Below, in pieces: positions 46,571 through 57,548 of a stretch of 64,000 nucleotides of DNA (position 1 is the first letter of the stretch; each line of letters opens with the position of its first letter). Location: contig JAEOTO010000031.1 in the NCBI GenBank assembly GCA_016839805.1, positions 1-64,000 on the forward strand, read 5' to 3'. The DNA is from Candidatus Hermodarchaeota archaeon (GTDB lineage: Archaea > Asgardarchaeota > Hermodarchaeia > Hermodarchaeales > Hermodarchaeaceae). A program made the translations under genes and the position numbers. The notes under the pieces were generated by a model that was not told the origin of the DNA, ran no database searches, and saw nothing but the letters and a program-made list of their open reading frames with translations.

Positions 46571-47467
46571 TTAAGACTGCAGTTGATGAAAAATGTAATC
46601 CACGATTTCTTCTGCTGCATCCACTCCAGTTGCCTTCTGCAGTCCACTCCAGTTTGGCGCAGCGTTAATTTCATTAACAACATAGCCTTCATCGGATTCG
46701 AGAATATCAATACCAGCAAAATCCATTTTCATTGCCTTCGCAGCCTGTAAAGCAATCGACTCAAGATCCTTAGAGAGAGTACATTCCGTGGGCTTTCCAC
46801 CTCGCGAGATGTTGGTTTTCCAATCGCCAGGTTTTGCATACCGATACATTGCACCAATTATCCGCTCTCCTACTACGAATACACGAATATCACGACCAGG
46901 TGTTTCTATGAACTCCTGAATCAGGATGGTTTGGTTTGCGGTTTGTAATATCTTAAAAATACGAAAAGCCAAATCAGGTTCCTGTAGTCGAAAGATACCT
47001 TGCCCTTGAGATCCACGAAGAGGTTTCGATACGATGTCACTATAGCGTTTGGTTGCAGCGACAGCGACTGCTAGCCGCTCCGTGACGGTCGTCCGTGGAA
47101 TAGGAATCCCATGATGGGCAAGCCAAACCAGTGTTGCGAGTTTATCCTTTGCACGACGATGACTATAGGCCGAATTGAAAATCCGAACTCCCGAGAATTC
47201 AAGGGCCTCTAAAATCGAAATACGGCTAGTGATTTGATCTGTCGATCCACCACCGATACTTCGAAGAATAATCCCGTTAACATCAAGAGGACGTCGACGG
47301 GGTAGTAAGAATTGCACAGACTCTGAATTCATGTGAATGGAAAGATCCTTTAGACGAAATGTGATTACCTCACATTGCCTCGTTTCTAACGCCCGAGTTA
47401 ATCGTCGAACAGGCCAATTTGGACGCTCTCGACTCATTGCAATCCCGATTCGCATGGCATCGCACAT
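46571..47467 (-). CDS. RimK-family ATP-grasp alpha-L-glutamate ligase (MptN/CofF/LysX-like)
   Basis: DKLAT, KPLRGSQGQG, QEFI, DIRVFVVG, WKTNISRGG, GIDI, NEINAAP. Confidence 0.9.
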   Translation of the reverse strand: MCDAMRIGIAMSRERPNWPVRRLTRALETRQCEVITFRLKDLSIHMNSESVQFLLPRRRPLDVNGIILRSIGGGSTDQITSRISILEALEFSGVRIFNSAYSHRRAKDKLATLVWLAHHGIPIPRTTVTERLAVAVAATKRYSDIVSKPLRGSQGQGIFRLQEPDLAFRIFKILQTANQTILIQEFIETPGRDIRVFVVGERIIGAMYRYAKPGDWKTNISRGGKPTECTLSKDLESIALQAAKAMKMDFAGIDILESDEGYVVNEINAAPNWSGLQKATGVDAAEEIVDYIFHQLQS

Positions 47468-47534
47468 CCATAGTAACTACTAGTGCTACTGTCGTTTGAC
47501 GCCATAACTTATAAGAACGGTGGACAGCGCTTCG

Positions 47535-48602
47535 CTAGACAGGTCGAGTACTTCGAATAAAGTGTTCGAATATTGTTTCACTTAATGAGAGAGGATAAGG
47601 TCGAGGAGGTGCTTTAAAGCCATAAGAACACACCGCATCAATTGGCCCAGCGAACCCACGGTCAATACCAATTTGCACACCACGGATAACATCTAAGAGA
47701 ATAGAGGTACTATTAGGTGCATCTTGGCTCACCAATCGAAGATCAATTTTGAAATCTGCATCACCGACATAGCGACCCTGTAGATAGAAATAACTTTCCC
47801 GGCGATTACCCAAGAAATAAACGTAATCAGTTGAGCCAGCTGTAACTGGTACTTCGTATGGGATTTCAGTAGAGACAATATTAGTTTTCATGGACCGTTT
47901 CTGATCCCGAGCACGATGAAGTGATTCTAAGGATTCTGTGCCTCCGCCGACATCCAGTTGATAACTTTCGATGATACGGACACCTCGTTTGACAAGAAAA
48001 TCAAGAAGTGCCCGATGGAGCGCAGTAGCTCCAATTTGGCTCATCAAATCATCACCGACAAGGGGAACTTTCCTGTCAGTAAACCGTTGTGCCCATTCTC
48101 GGTTGCATGCAAGAAAAACGGGAGAAGTGTTGATATAACCACACCCGGCTTTCAAAGCCTCCTCCGCATAAAACAAAGTAGCGTCATTCGCTCCACTTGG
48201 TAATAATCCCACAAGAATCTGGGCTCCGCTTTCTTCAAGTTGTTTAGCCACATCTGCTGGTTTGGCATCACTCTCTTCCACTAGCTCATTGAGTTCAGTG
48301 GGAATCCCATCCAATGTAGGTCCACGTTGAACCATAATTTTCGTGATGGGCATTTCGGTGAATTTGGGGGCATTATTAGGTTTGGCAAATATCGCCTTGC
48401 TAAGATCTTGACCCACCTTTTGCTTGTTTACATCGAAGGCAGCAACGATTTCAATATCACTCACTGCATAGTTTCCCAACATTGGATGGGCAAGACCAGC
48501 ACCTTCGCCAACATCGGTCAGATTACCATAATGATGAAGGGTTTGCACTAAACTACTCGCGCAATTGCCAACGCCGGCAAGGGCAACTTTGATTTTTTTC
48601 AA
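47535..48602 (-). CDS. ino1: Myo-inositol-1-phosphate synthase
   Basis: GVGNCASSLVQ, GDDLMSQIGAT, QLDVGGGTE, DAPNS, GFKAPP. Confidence 0.9.
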   Translation of the reverse strand: MKKIKVALAGVGNCASSLVQTLHHYGNLTDVGEGAGLAHPMLGNYAVSDIEIVAAFDVNKQKVGQDLSKAIFAKPNNAPKFTEMPITKIMVQRGPTLDGIPTELNELVEESDAKPADVAKQLEESGAQILVGLLPSGANDATLFYAEEALKAGCGYINTSPVFLACNREWAQRFTDRKVPLVGDDLMSQIGATALHRALLDFLVKRGVRIIESYQLDVGGGTESLESLHRARDQKRSMKTNIVSTEIPYEVPVTAGSTDYVYFLGNRRESYFYLQGRYVGDADFKIDLRLVSQDAPNSTSILLDVIRGVQIGIDRGFAGPIDAVCSYGFKAPPRPYPLSLSETIFEHFIRSTRPV

Positions 48603-48749
48603 CAGAGACGCCTCCGTAATTATTTTATAGTCATGAAATAAGTAGCGGGTAAAGGGCGTTCATTCATAAACCCATTTAAGCGTTTCTCTTTACAAAGGCA
48701 AAACCTGTATAACATGACGGGGAGAGAATAAATGGCATAAAGGGAATGT

Positions 48750-49199
48750 ATGTGGATGGTTGATATAATGTCAGGACGTATCACTCCTTGTGTGGGTGCA
48801 GTAATTCTCGACAATCAGGAGCGAGTGCTTCTTGTGAAACATGTTCCAGAGAAAGGTGGGTTTTGGGCTGAGAAGTACATTTGTCCTGGGGGACGATTAG
48901 AGCCGGGTGAGGCTCTTGAGGAAGGCGTGCGACGTGAAATTTGGGAAGAGACAGGTCTAGAGATTAATATCGTGCGTTGGGTTCGACCAATGGAACGAGT
49001 CATTCGAGATGCGCAAGGAATTCTCTTAGATCATGTTCTTTACCTCGATGTAATTGCCAAAGTAAAGAAAGGAACCTTTCAACCAGCATCAGATGTAGGC
49101 TCGGGAGCTTGGTTTACCAAAAAAGAACTCCAAGAAATTGTGAATGAAATTCATGAGGATACCCAGGAACTTCTTCGAGAAGCAGGTTTACTAACCTAA
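48750..49199 (+). CDS. NUDIX hydrolase
   Basis: Nudix box GGRLEPGEALEEGVRREIWEETGL. Confidence 0.95.
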   Translation: MWMVDIMSGRITPCVGAVILDNQERVLLVKHVPEKGGFWAEKYICPGGRLEPGEALEEGVRREIWEETGLEINIVRWVRPMERVIRDAQGILLDHVLYLDVIAKVKKGTFQPASDVGSGAWFTKKELQEIVNEIHEDTQELLREAGLLT

Positions 49200-49211
49200 A
49201 CGAACCAAAGT

Positions 49212-49760
49212 TCATTTCAAATATTTTGGCAAATGTTCCTTGATTTCAGAGGGGCAACTAAGGATCGTCATGCCCGTCATTGCACGTAATCGTTCAACAT
49301 TCTCTAAGTCTACTTCTCGGGTGGCTAATTCTAATTTATCGCCACTAGGCAAAACTGTAGTTACTATCCCGGGTTTCTGATCCACAGGGTACACATAAAT
49401 TGGTACAGCTGTTTTCATAGCCTGAGCAACTGAATTAGTAATCAGCGTGTCGGCAATGCCATGGGCAATTTTCGCTACTGTGTTGGCAGTGGCTGGCATC
49501 ACCACCAAAAATTGGTAAACCTTGCGCTGGAGAGCACTCACGACAAAAGGAGTATTAGCATCAATCTCAGTTCGAATTTTCGAAGTAATGGATTTCAACT
49601 CATCCATCAGTTTATACCATTTTAGAACTTGCAAGCCAGCCTTTGAAACGAAAACCAGAACCGTCACATCATGTTCGGTCACAATTTCTTTCATAACCTG
49701 AACTGATTCGGGCATGAAATCACCAGCACCAGTAATCCCCCATGCAAATTTTACTGTCAA
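49212..49760 (-). CDS. afpA: Archaeoflavoprotein AfpA
   Basis: AWGITGAGD, PATANTVAKIAHGIADTLITN, PVDQ. Confidence 0.85.
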   Translation of the reverse strand: MTVKFAWGITGAGDFMPESVQVMKEIVTEHDVTVLVFVSKAGLQVLKWYKLMDELKSITSKIRTEIDANTPFVVSALQRKVYQFLVVMPATANTVAKIAHGIADTLITNSVAQAMKTAVPIYVYPVDQKPGIVTTVLPSGDKLELATREVDLENVERLRAMTGMTILSCPSEIKEHLPKYLK

Positions 49761-49901
49761 CCAAGTTGCCTCCTAGCTTAATGAGTAACATGAACTTAAC
49801 AGCTTATTTTGATTATGTCTTGTCCTAGATGACCTTTGCATATTATCTTGATACTTGATAATTGATAAGGTTGAAAAAACAGGTTCACTGAGTAGTGATA
49901 G

Positions 49902-50525
49902 GTGAAAGTAATGTCCAGCAAGAAAATTCGCTTATTGGGAATCTCAGGTAGCCCACGGAAAGCTGCAACAGTGTACGCCATTCAAGAAGCGCTGAACTAT
50001 GCAAAAGAGAAGTATAATGCGGAGGTTCGATCCTTTTCAGTCGCAAATAAGAAAATTAATTTTTGCATTCATTGTGATCATTGCATTCGGACTCGGGAAG
50101 GGTGTGTCTTTAAAGACGATATGGAAGAAATTTATGAATTAATGGAGTGGGCGGATGCGTATATCATTGGAAGTCCTGTATACCAAGGCAATATTAGTGG
50201 ACAATTAAAGACCGTATTAGATCGGACTCGAGCCTTGGTGGCTAGAACTCCTAAGGTCTTTGATGGGAAATTTGGTGCAGGAATTGCTGTTGGAGGAGAT
50301 CGAGTTGGAGGGCAAGAACCTACTTTACGGACTATCCATGATTTTTACACAATCAATTTCATCTTATCGCTAGGAGGAGGTGCCTTTGGAGCGAACCTTG
50401 GGGCAACGATTTGGTCAAAAGATAAGGGAGCTGCTGGAGCAGAAGCAGATAAACGTGGATTAAAGACACTTTACAAGACAATGGACCGACTTATTCTAGT
50501 CGCGCAAAGACTCCGAAAATCATAG
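49902..50525 (+). CDS. Iron-sulfur flavoprotein (Isf; NADPH-dependent FMN reductase family)
   Basis: SGSPRK, CIHCDHC.....C, GSPVY, GGDRVGGQE. Confidence 0.9.
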   Translation: MKVMSSKKIRLLGISGSPRKAATVYAIQEALNYAKEKYNAEVRSFSVANKKINFCIHCDHCIRTREGCVFKDDMEEIYELMEWADAYIIGSPVYQGNISGQLKTVLDRTRALVARTPKVFDGKFGAGIAVGGDRVGGQEPTLRTIHDFYTINFILSLGGGAFGANLGATIWSKDKGAAGAEADKRGLKTLYKTMDRLILVAQRLRKS

Positions 50526-50722
50526 ACCTAAGTCTTATTTGCTGATTTCAGTTTTGGTAAAAGAACCAAGAAATATGACCAGAAACTTTGATTCGATGAA
50601 TTCGAGACTAATTTTTGTATCTGCGATGGCTCAGGATGGTCTGTACTCATTTGTACACCCTATTGATTAATAGAAGACCTCTATTCAGAGGTTACATTGA
50701 AAAAAAGTATATCAAAGAGTAA

Positions 50723-52441
50723 TCAACCATCAATGAGCAAGGACCTAGCCAAGATTTTGCCAATTATATAATTGAGAAGAATTCCTAGCCATAATCCAGC
50801 AAAGCCGATTATGTGAGCAGTTTCTACAATTCCTGTAATAATCGAACCTATGATCCAAAATATGCCAAAGAACCCGATTGGTATGAAGGATATAAAGGCA
50901 CTAATAAAACTCACTAATATCATTTGAGTGATATGTTGTCCAATCTCAAATCCAATCAATCGACCACCGCCAATAATCCGTGTGAAGAGTACAAGCGAAA
51001 TCATCGCTGAAACGTAAACTACAGGTATTTGAGAAAAAGCAATCGCAAACGAGATGGGATTGGTAAATGGCTTAAAGAAAGATACTGCGATTACAAAGAG
51101 GGGAATCACGACACTAATGCAGGTTAAAAGTTGGGCTTTCGATCGGAGAATGCGTTCTGTTCTAATCGGCAAGGTCAGGGTGTAAACCATTCCTCGAGCT
51201 TCAAGGCTTAGAAAGAAAATCGAAGTAAACCCAAGCATCATGGTTGGGATAACCACATAGATGAGGACATCCGAGACGTATACGTATCCAGCATCCCAAA
51301 AGAACTGGAGAAAGATTGGAACCATTACAAGAATTGGTAGAAAGAACATTATCGCTTGTCCTGGTGTCCGTAATGCAATGCGCAAATCCTTGCGGAGTAA
51401 AGCGATACTTGTACTACTTACTTTCACCTTAACAGGACGAACCACACTTGGACCAGTTTGGATAATACTACCAGTTCCTATTTGCAGGAGAAATCGTCTT
51501 GACCACCTGACACCGACAAAAGCTAAGAAACCATAGATTATGACAGCGATTATGTCGGGCCAGAGGGCTGGAGTTCCATGAACCCCGGATATTAACACTA
51601 CAAAGGTTCCAAGCGAGAAGGGATAGCTGAAGGTGATAATAAACCAAACGGGGAGTAAAAGAACAGCAAAAGTTTCGACGAGGGGAATGATATAGGGAAG
51701 TATTTGAAATGAGAAGGATAAACCCATGAAAGCTACAACCCAAAGGAAAATGAAGATAATTCTGATTATTGAGCCAAGACGGGAACCACCAGTTGTTTGA
51801 ATACGGGTATAAAAGTATAGGGCGAGTATAAGCATCAAGGTGATGGCTAATCCCACTGTAATTAGAAATGAGACAAAACAAGCTAATGCTCCAATGATAG
51901 ACATTGTCGCAAGGCCATAGGCAAGAGGAAATCCGATGATAATAGTAAACATCTGAGCATCAAAAAGGCGGATGTAAGCTAAAAGTGCCAGTTTTCCTGT
52001 ATCTGAATGGGAGAGGGGAAGGTAATGTCCAATGGAAGCGGCATTGGTGGAAATAAACGAAGTGGAAATCATAAGCCCCCAAAAAACCAGGAAGCCTAAA
52101 CCGATTAAATTGAAAACTGATACAGTAAAAGCGATGGTAATCCAGCGGTTTTCAACAAGGGTTCCTAAAAGACCATTGAGCGTACTCCAGATAATGAGTC
52201 CGAAGACTCCCGCTAGCATTGCAATGAAAAAACTCACAAATCCCTTGTTTCGTTTAGTATTTGCCCGAGCTTTCTCAATTTGCTTTTCAACTAATTGGTC
52301 CATCCCCCCTTGACTCATCGACATCGCTGAACGGAATTGGATCTCAAACGCAATCTTACCTGCAATTTTCCATGCATCACCCCAACTTAGATTTTGCTTG
52401 GATTCTATGATTTCGGACACGTCTTGTCGACCATCCAGCAC
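50723..52441 (-). CDS. ABC-2-type transporter permease
   Basis: Many TM helices, ALLRKDLR motif; follows the ABC ATPase. Confidence 0.8.
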   Translation of the reverse strand: MLDGRQDVSEIIESKQNLSWGDAWKIAGKIAFEIQFRSAMSMSQGGMDQLVEKQIEKARANTKRNKGFVSFFIAMLAGVFGLIIWSTLNGLLGTLVENRWITIAFTVSVFNLIGLGFLVFWGLMISTSFISTNAASIGHYLPLSHSDTGKLALLAYIRLFDAQMFTIIIGFPLAYGLATMSIIGALACFVSFLITVGLAITLMLILALYFYTRIQTTGGSRLGSIIRIIFIFLWVVAFMGLSFSFQILPYIIPLVETFAVLLLPVWFIITFSYPFSLGTFVVLISGVHGTPALWPDIIAVIIYGFLAFVGVRWSRRFLLQIGTGSIIQTGPSVVRPVKVKVSSTSIALLRKDLRIALRTPGQAIMFFLPILVMVPIFLQFFWDAGYVYVSDVLIYVVIPTMMLGFTSIFFLSLEARGMVYTLTLPIRTERILRSKAQLLTCISVVIPLFVIAVSFFKPFTNPISFAIAFSQIPVVYVSAMISLVLFTRIIGGGRLIGFEIGQHITQMILVSFISAFISFIPIGFFGIFWIIGSIITGIVETAHIIGFAGLWLGILLNYIIGKILARSLLIDG

Positions 52442-52442
52442 C

Positions 52443-53252
52443 TTAGTCGCTATTTTTTGCTAGTGCAAGGCGAAGGGCTTTCACAGTCTGAGCAACTTCG
52501 TCATCTTGTTGAACTGCCCGAAGAAAGATTTCTTCAAGAGACCCATGAGCTTTGACCATTTCACGGAGTTCGTCAACGGTACCCTCGGCTACCATTTTCC
52601 CCTTATCTATGATGCCTATTCGATTACAAAGACTTTCAGCAACCTCAAGAATATGGCTGCTGAAAAGAATACCGCCTCCATTCTCCAAGTGAATATTCAA
52701 CACGTCTTTCAGGACGCGAACCGTTCGTGCATCTAAACCACTAAAAGGTTCATCTAAAACCAATAAGGGAGGATCATGGACGAGTGCAGAGAGAATACTG
52801 GCTTTCTGCCGATTGCCATGGCTTAAGACTGCAATCGGTTTATCATAATATTCTGCAAATTCGAAAGCTTCAACAAGAGATGTAATTCGCTTTTCAATAT
52901 GTTCTTGGTCTAGTTGTCGTACTGAGGCAACAAAATCAAAGAACTCGCGGGGGGTCAGGGATTCATAGAGAATATGGTCCTCAGGGACCAATCCAATTCG
53001 TTTTTTCACTTCAATGGGTTGAATCATCGGATCAAACCCAAAGACTTCAACATGACCTTCAGTGGGAGGAAGAAGTCCACTAACCATCTTTACGGTGGTT
53101 GTTTTTCCAGCTCCATTTGGTCCAAGTAAGCCATAGATTTCACCTGCTTGAACTCGGAAGGAAAGCTGATCAACAGCTACGGTGTCACCAAAATGGCGGA
53201 CCAAGTTAGTAGAAACGATGGGGTAACCATTACCCATGATGGATTCCGTCAT
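52443..53252 (-). CDS. ABC transporter ATP-binding protein
   Basis: GPNGAGKTT, LSHGNRQ, LDEPFSGLD, SSH. Confidence 0.95.
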   Translation of the reverse strand: MTESIMGNGYPIVSTNLVRHFGDTVAVDQLSFRVQAGEIYGLLGPNGAGKTTTVKMVSGLLPPTEGHVEVFGFDPMIQPIEVKKRIGLVPEDHILYESLTPREFFDFVASVRQLDQEHIEKRITSLVEAFEFAEYYDKPIAVLSHGNRQKASILSALVHDPPLLVLDEPFSGLDARTVRVLKDVLNIHLENGGGILFSSHILEVAESLCNRIGIIDKGKMVAEGTVDELREMVKAHGSLEEIFLRAVQQDDEVAQTVKALRLALAKNSD

Positions 53253-53312
53253 TTACTGTCTCCTGATTTCATCAATAAAGTTCAAGGCTAAAAGATTTCG
53301 GAATCAGGGAAA

Positions 53313-54527
53313 TTATTCAGTCTCTTTGGATGACTGACGTTGGTGGACAAGTGGGATTAATAATGTGGCAAGAAATGCTAGAAGTGCCATCATGAAGAAA
53401 CCAGTAACCCATGTGCCAAAGTATACTTGACTCAAAGCTACTATAGGAATGCCGAAAGCGCCTAATCCAAATCGCGCAAAGAAGCTCCAGCCAAACACGG
53501 TTCCTCGGCTTTCAGGGCTAGATAATATGGAGACCATAGTGTTATTCGCAGCTTGCGCAGAGAAAAAGGAGAAGCCAAAAAGTAACATAGCTACGACGAG
53601 TAACACATCGTTGAATACCGTTTGTACATAGGGTATAGCCAACAGTAAGAGAGCTACACCAGATAATGCTGTCATGAATATGAGTGTTTTACGCCAACCA
53701 TAAGAGTCTGTTAACCGACCCCCTACCTCTTGACCCACCATTCCACCGATATAGATGAGAGTGCCAAATAACCCAGCCAGGATAAGTAGTGCGTTTAGTT
53801 CGGTTGTAATATAGACAGGGAGCGCAGTCACTGTTCCTCGATATAGCATCCCACGAAATGCAAAGATGATGGTAACAATAATCATGACAACTGGCGTCAT
53901 CAAACTGAAGAAGCCAGTAGACGACTTGGCTTCTGTGTCAGACCTTGGTTTAACGTCGTAGACCTCTCCTTTCATTCGTAGAGTTACAAAGATGATGAGT
54001 AATCCGACTGCTGAAAGAAAGATGAAGATAACAGGCCAAAATATGGTACTGAGTATGAAAGCTGAGATGAGAGGAGCAGAGGCTTGACCAATACTACCAC
54101 CGATACCATGACGTCCTAGGGCTCTTCCACGATTCTTTTCAAAGGCGTTTGAAACCCAAGTTGTACCAGCTGGATGATACAAACCTGCTCCAAAGGCATA
54201 AATAATAAAAAGAATCGTAATGGCAATGATGCCAAGGGGCCAGAGGAAGAATAGAGCAATCCCGGCTATTACAGAGAGTGATAGGCCCATGACAATTGTT
54301 TGACGGGGTCCAATACGATCACAAAGGACTCCAGCAGGAAGTGCTCCAAAGCCAAAAATGAAGTAGGCTGGAGTATTGAGGAGTAGAACCACTAATCCTT
54401 CTTGACCAGGAAGCACAGGCGTAATTAGAAGAAGTTTAGCTGTAATAAAAGGCAAGGCAAGCATTAGTAAATGAACCAACCCATGAGATGCTCCCGTAAT
54501 GAGCAACGTCGCATTCTGGTGGTTCAT
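53313..54527 (-). CDS. MFS transporter
   Basis: GVLCDRIGPR and GRLTDSYGWRK motif A; 12 TM. Confidence 0.9.
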   Translation of the reverse strand: MNHQNATLLITGASHGLVHLLMLALPFITAKLLLITPVLPGQEGLVVLLLNTPAYFIFGFGALPAGVLCDRIGPRQTIVMGLSLSVIAGIALFFLWPLGIIAITILFIIYAFGAGLYHPAGTTWVSNAFEKNRGRALGRHGIGGSIGQASAPLISAFILSTIFWPVIFIFLSAVGLLIIFVTLRMKGEVYDVKPRSDTEAKSSTGFFSLMTPVVMIIVTIIFAFRGMLYRGTVTALPVYITTELNALLILAGLFGTLIYIGGMVGQEVGGRLTDSYGWRKTLIFMTALSGVALLLLAIPYVQTVFNDVLLVVAMLLFGFSFFSAQAANNTMVSILSSPESRGTVFGWSFFARFGLGAFGIPIVALSQVYFGTWVTGFFMMALLAFLATLLIPLVHQRQSSKETE

Positions 54528-54704
54528 GATTCAATACACCTGCTTTCCTGTTGTTGTAAGGAAGTTGGCTATTTCATCTCCCCTTTAAGTTCTTTTCACA
54601 TAGTTGAAATACAGATACGTTTAGCTAATGAGGACTTTATCAAGCAGAAGAGAAAAACATTAAATTGACAAAGAAACTGGTAGCTGCACTCAACGGGGAT
54701 ATCA

Positions 54705-56090
54705 ATGACTGCCAATAATGAGAAACCAGAGACACCGCCATGGGCTGGTCGTGATCGCCTAACCTACGGTATACTCTTTTTTCTCTCCGTAATCATCAGT
54801 GCCGCTAGTGCGCTCCTCCCACCCATGACGGGAATCATCGCCCCCATTCTTGGTGTACCCTCTGATGACTGGATTGCCTTGATAGTAACCGTCTTTCTAC
54901 TCATCTCAGGATTTGCTGCTATCCCCTGGGCATACATGGCCGATCGCACAACCCGACGGAAGCTTCTCATTATCAGCACCTTTTTTTGGGTCTTCTGGTT
55001 TATTCCCATTCTACTCCCAAACATATCGTATTGGACCCTCTTTCTCTTCTATAGTTTAGCAGCCATTGGAATAGGTGCGACAGGACCCCTTGCCCTGTCA
55101 ATGACCATTGATTGTGTACCCTCTCACTTCCGGTCCACGACCATTGGCTTATTAGGCACCGCAGCAGGAGCAGGGTATGGCTTGGGCTTCATTATCAGCG
55201 GGCTCCTCGTTGAAACCGTTGGGTGGCAAATGCCCTTCCTCATCATCATAGTAATTGGATTTGCCACTGGATTTTTTCTATTACTCACTCGAGAACCCCC
55301 ACGAGGACAACACGACGAATGCCTGATTGACCTCCATCAGGCTGGTCACGTCTACAGCTACAAGCTAAACCGACAGGACCTGCATCGCATGTGGCGTAGA
55401 CGATCGAATATTTGGCTCATCGTAGTAGGTATAATTGCCATCATTCCCACCGCTGCCTTCGGTGCATGGGCCGTTCGATGGCTTAATGTGGACCATAGCC
55501 TCAGCATTTTTGTTGCAACCATCTTCATGACGCTAGCGTTAGCTAGCCAAATTGCTGGCACAGCTTTTTTTGGTCGATGGGGCGACCGCTTGTTCCAGAA
55601 GGATAAACGTGGACGCACCTATCTCATCCTACTCTGCTGTTTGGCAGCCGGACCACTCCTTCTCATAGCATGTTTCTATCCATTCACCGTAGCTCCTACA
55701 TCCACCATCTTTGACCTCTTCTTAAATCCAATTACCCTGATCTTTTTCATCCTCGTGTTCGCAGGTACTTTCTTTGATGCAGGTATCTCACCTTTGATCT
55801 ATGTAAGCGCAGGAGACATCAATCCACCTGAAATTCGCAGCACCGCTTTATCACTTCACCTTCTAGCGCACGTAATGGGGGTAGCCCTTGGCACTCAACT
55901 AGCGCCTACTTTCGCAGTTCTTTTCTTCGGGGGAATCTACTCACCCGCCTTAGCTGTAATTTGCATTTTCTTTTTCATTGCAGCAGTAACCACAATACCA
56001 ATTGTCCGGGGCATTCGCCAAGATATCACCTCCACAGAAAAGGATGTCAGAAGTCGCATTGAAAATACTTCACCCAGCAAACACGACTAG
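54705..56090 (+). CDS. MFS transporter (Spinster-like)
   Basis: AYMADRTTRRK, GWQMPF, REPPRG, GRWGDRL; 12 TM. Confidence 0.9.
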   Translation: MTANNEKPETPPWAGRDRLTYGILFFLSVIISAASALLPPMTGIIAPILGVPSDDWIALIVTVFLLISGFAAIPWAYMADRTTRRKLLIISTFFWVFWFIPILLPNISYWTLFLFYSLAAIGIGATGPLALSMTIDCVPSHFRSTTIGLLGTAAGAGYGLGFIISGLLVETVGWQMPFLIIIVIGFATGFFLLLTREPPRGQHDECLIDLHQAGHVYSYKLNRQDLHRMWRRRSNIWLIVVGIIAIIPTAAFGAWAVRWLNVDHSLSIFVATIFMTLALASQIAGTAFFGRWGDRLFQKDKRGRTYLILLCCLAAGPLLLIACFYPFTVAPTSTIFDLFLNPITLIFFILVFAGTFFDAGISPLIYVSAGDINPPEIRSTALSLHLLAHVMGVALGTQLAPTFAVLFFGGIYSPALAVICIFFFIAAVTTIPIVRGIRQDITSTEKDVRSRIENTSPSKHD

Positions 56091-56152
56091 CTGACTAAGA
56101 ATCTTTTAATCTACCAACTGGACCTAAGCATGACTGAGAGTACGTATTAGCG

Positions 56153-57190
56153 TTGAAGGTGATTGTTATGACTAAATCTGCCTTAACAGCTGGAATTGTT
56201 AGCACAGGGGTTTATTTGCCTAAACACCGTCACATGGCTTCCTACATCTCAGAACAAACCGGAATTCCTGAAGAGATCTTAAAAACAAAATTTGGACTCA
56301 CAAGCAAAACCGTCGGCGGCCCCGAGGACGGCCCAGTCAAGATGGGTATCCGTGCCTCCCAAAATGCTCTCGACAAAACTACCGAAGTTAAGCCCAAGGA
56401 TATTGATGTGATTCTTTGGACCGGTGAAACCTTCATTGAACGACCCATGCAAGTTGCCGGTGTCAAACTTGCCTATGAAATCGGAGCCACTGATGCATGG
56501 TCTCTCGATATCAGTGCAAGATGTGCAACGCTGATGGGTGGAATCCGACTTGCCAAAGCTCTAATGACCGCTGAACCAGAAATTCAAACAGTTTTACTTG
56601 CAAGTGGCTATCAAAACTGCGATTTAATCAATTACAAAAACGAGCGAAGCCGCTTCATGTTCAGTCTAGCGGCAAGTGGTGTAGCAGCAATCATTCAAAA
56701 GGACTATCCCCACAATCAGGTTCTTGAAACGACCATCATCACAGATGGAGCCTTTGCTGATGATGTCTATTGCCCAGCAGGTGGCACGGAGTTGCCAGTA
56801 AGCTGTGAAGCAATTGAAAAGGGACTTCATTATCTCGATGTTCCAGACCCAGCTGGGATGAAGGAACGACTGGATAAATTATCTATGCAAAACTTCATTC
56901 GCGTCGTTAAGGATGCCACTGAAAGAAGTGGTTATTCGATTAACGATATTGATTATCTAGCACTACTTCACATGAAACGCAGTGCCTTCACCTACGTCCT
57001 CAACAAACTAGGATTAACAATGGAGCAAACCACCTATTTTGAGGAATGGGGGCACATGGGCCAAAACGACGCAATTGTATCTATCGAAGAAGGGTTAAAA
57101 GCCGGAAAAATCAAACCTGGCGACCTAATATGCATGGCCGCAGCAGGGATTGGCTACACCTGGTCTGCAAGTTGTATTAAATGGGGATAA
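56153..57190 (+). CDS. FabH-like 3-oxoacyl-ACP synthase III family protein
   Basis: Catalytic Cys in ARCAT, LLHMK, WGHMGQND, AAGIGYTW. Confidence 0.9.
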   Translation: MKVIVMTKSALTAGIVSTGVYLPKHRHMASYISEQTGIPEEILKTKFGLTSKTVGGPEDGPVKMGIRASQNALDKTTEVKPKDIDVILWTGETFIERPMQVAGVKLAYEIGATDAWSLDISARCATLMGGIRLAKALMTAEPEIQTVLLASGYQNCDLINYKNERSRFMFSLAASGVAAIIQKDYPHNQVLETTIITDGAFADDVYCPAGGTELPVSCEAIEKGLHYLDVPDPAGMKERLDKLSMQNFIRVVKDATERSGYSINDIDYLALLHMKRSAFTYVLNKLGLTMEQTTYFEEWGHMGQNDAIVSIEEGLKAGKIKPGDLICMAAAGIGYTWSASCIKWG

Positions 57191-57239
57191 ATTCCAGTTT
57201 CATGCATTTCCAGCGAGCGTAGCAGAATTTCTGGAATTG

Positions 57240-57398
57240 CTAGATTTCCTTTAGATGTCGTTCAACACAGTTGAGCTGATGTTCTGCACCTTTGATATCG
57301 CCTTCGGCTAAAAGCTTACGAGCGGTGGTAATGTGTTTAAGTGCACAACCCTTGAAATCGTTCGTATGTTCACATTCCTGACACTTGCTCTCTTTCAT
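57240..57398 (-). CDS. Small Cys/His-rich protein, 52 aa (below the ORF-track cutoff)
   Basis: AAGGTGA RBS then MKESKCQECEHTNDFKGCALKHITTARKLLAEGDIKGAEHQLNCVERHLKEI*. Confidence 0.65.
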   Translation of the reverse strand: MKESKCQECEHTNDFKGCALKHITTARKLLAEGDIKGAEHQLNCVERHLKEI

Positions 57399-57548
57399 CA
57401 ATGATGAGTCACCTTAGATGGACAAAAGTTCACAAGTTCCTCTTATGTCTTATCACCGAACCTATCAATTCAATTTGATTATGAAGAAAAATCGGTTTGA
57501 ATCCTCCCATATCCAAATCTAAAATCATAACGAATTGAAGAAGACATT

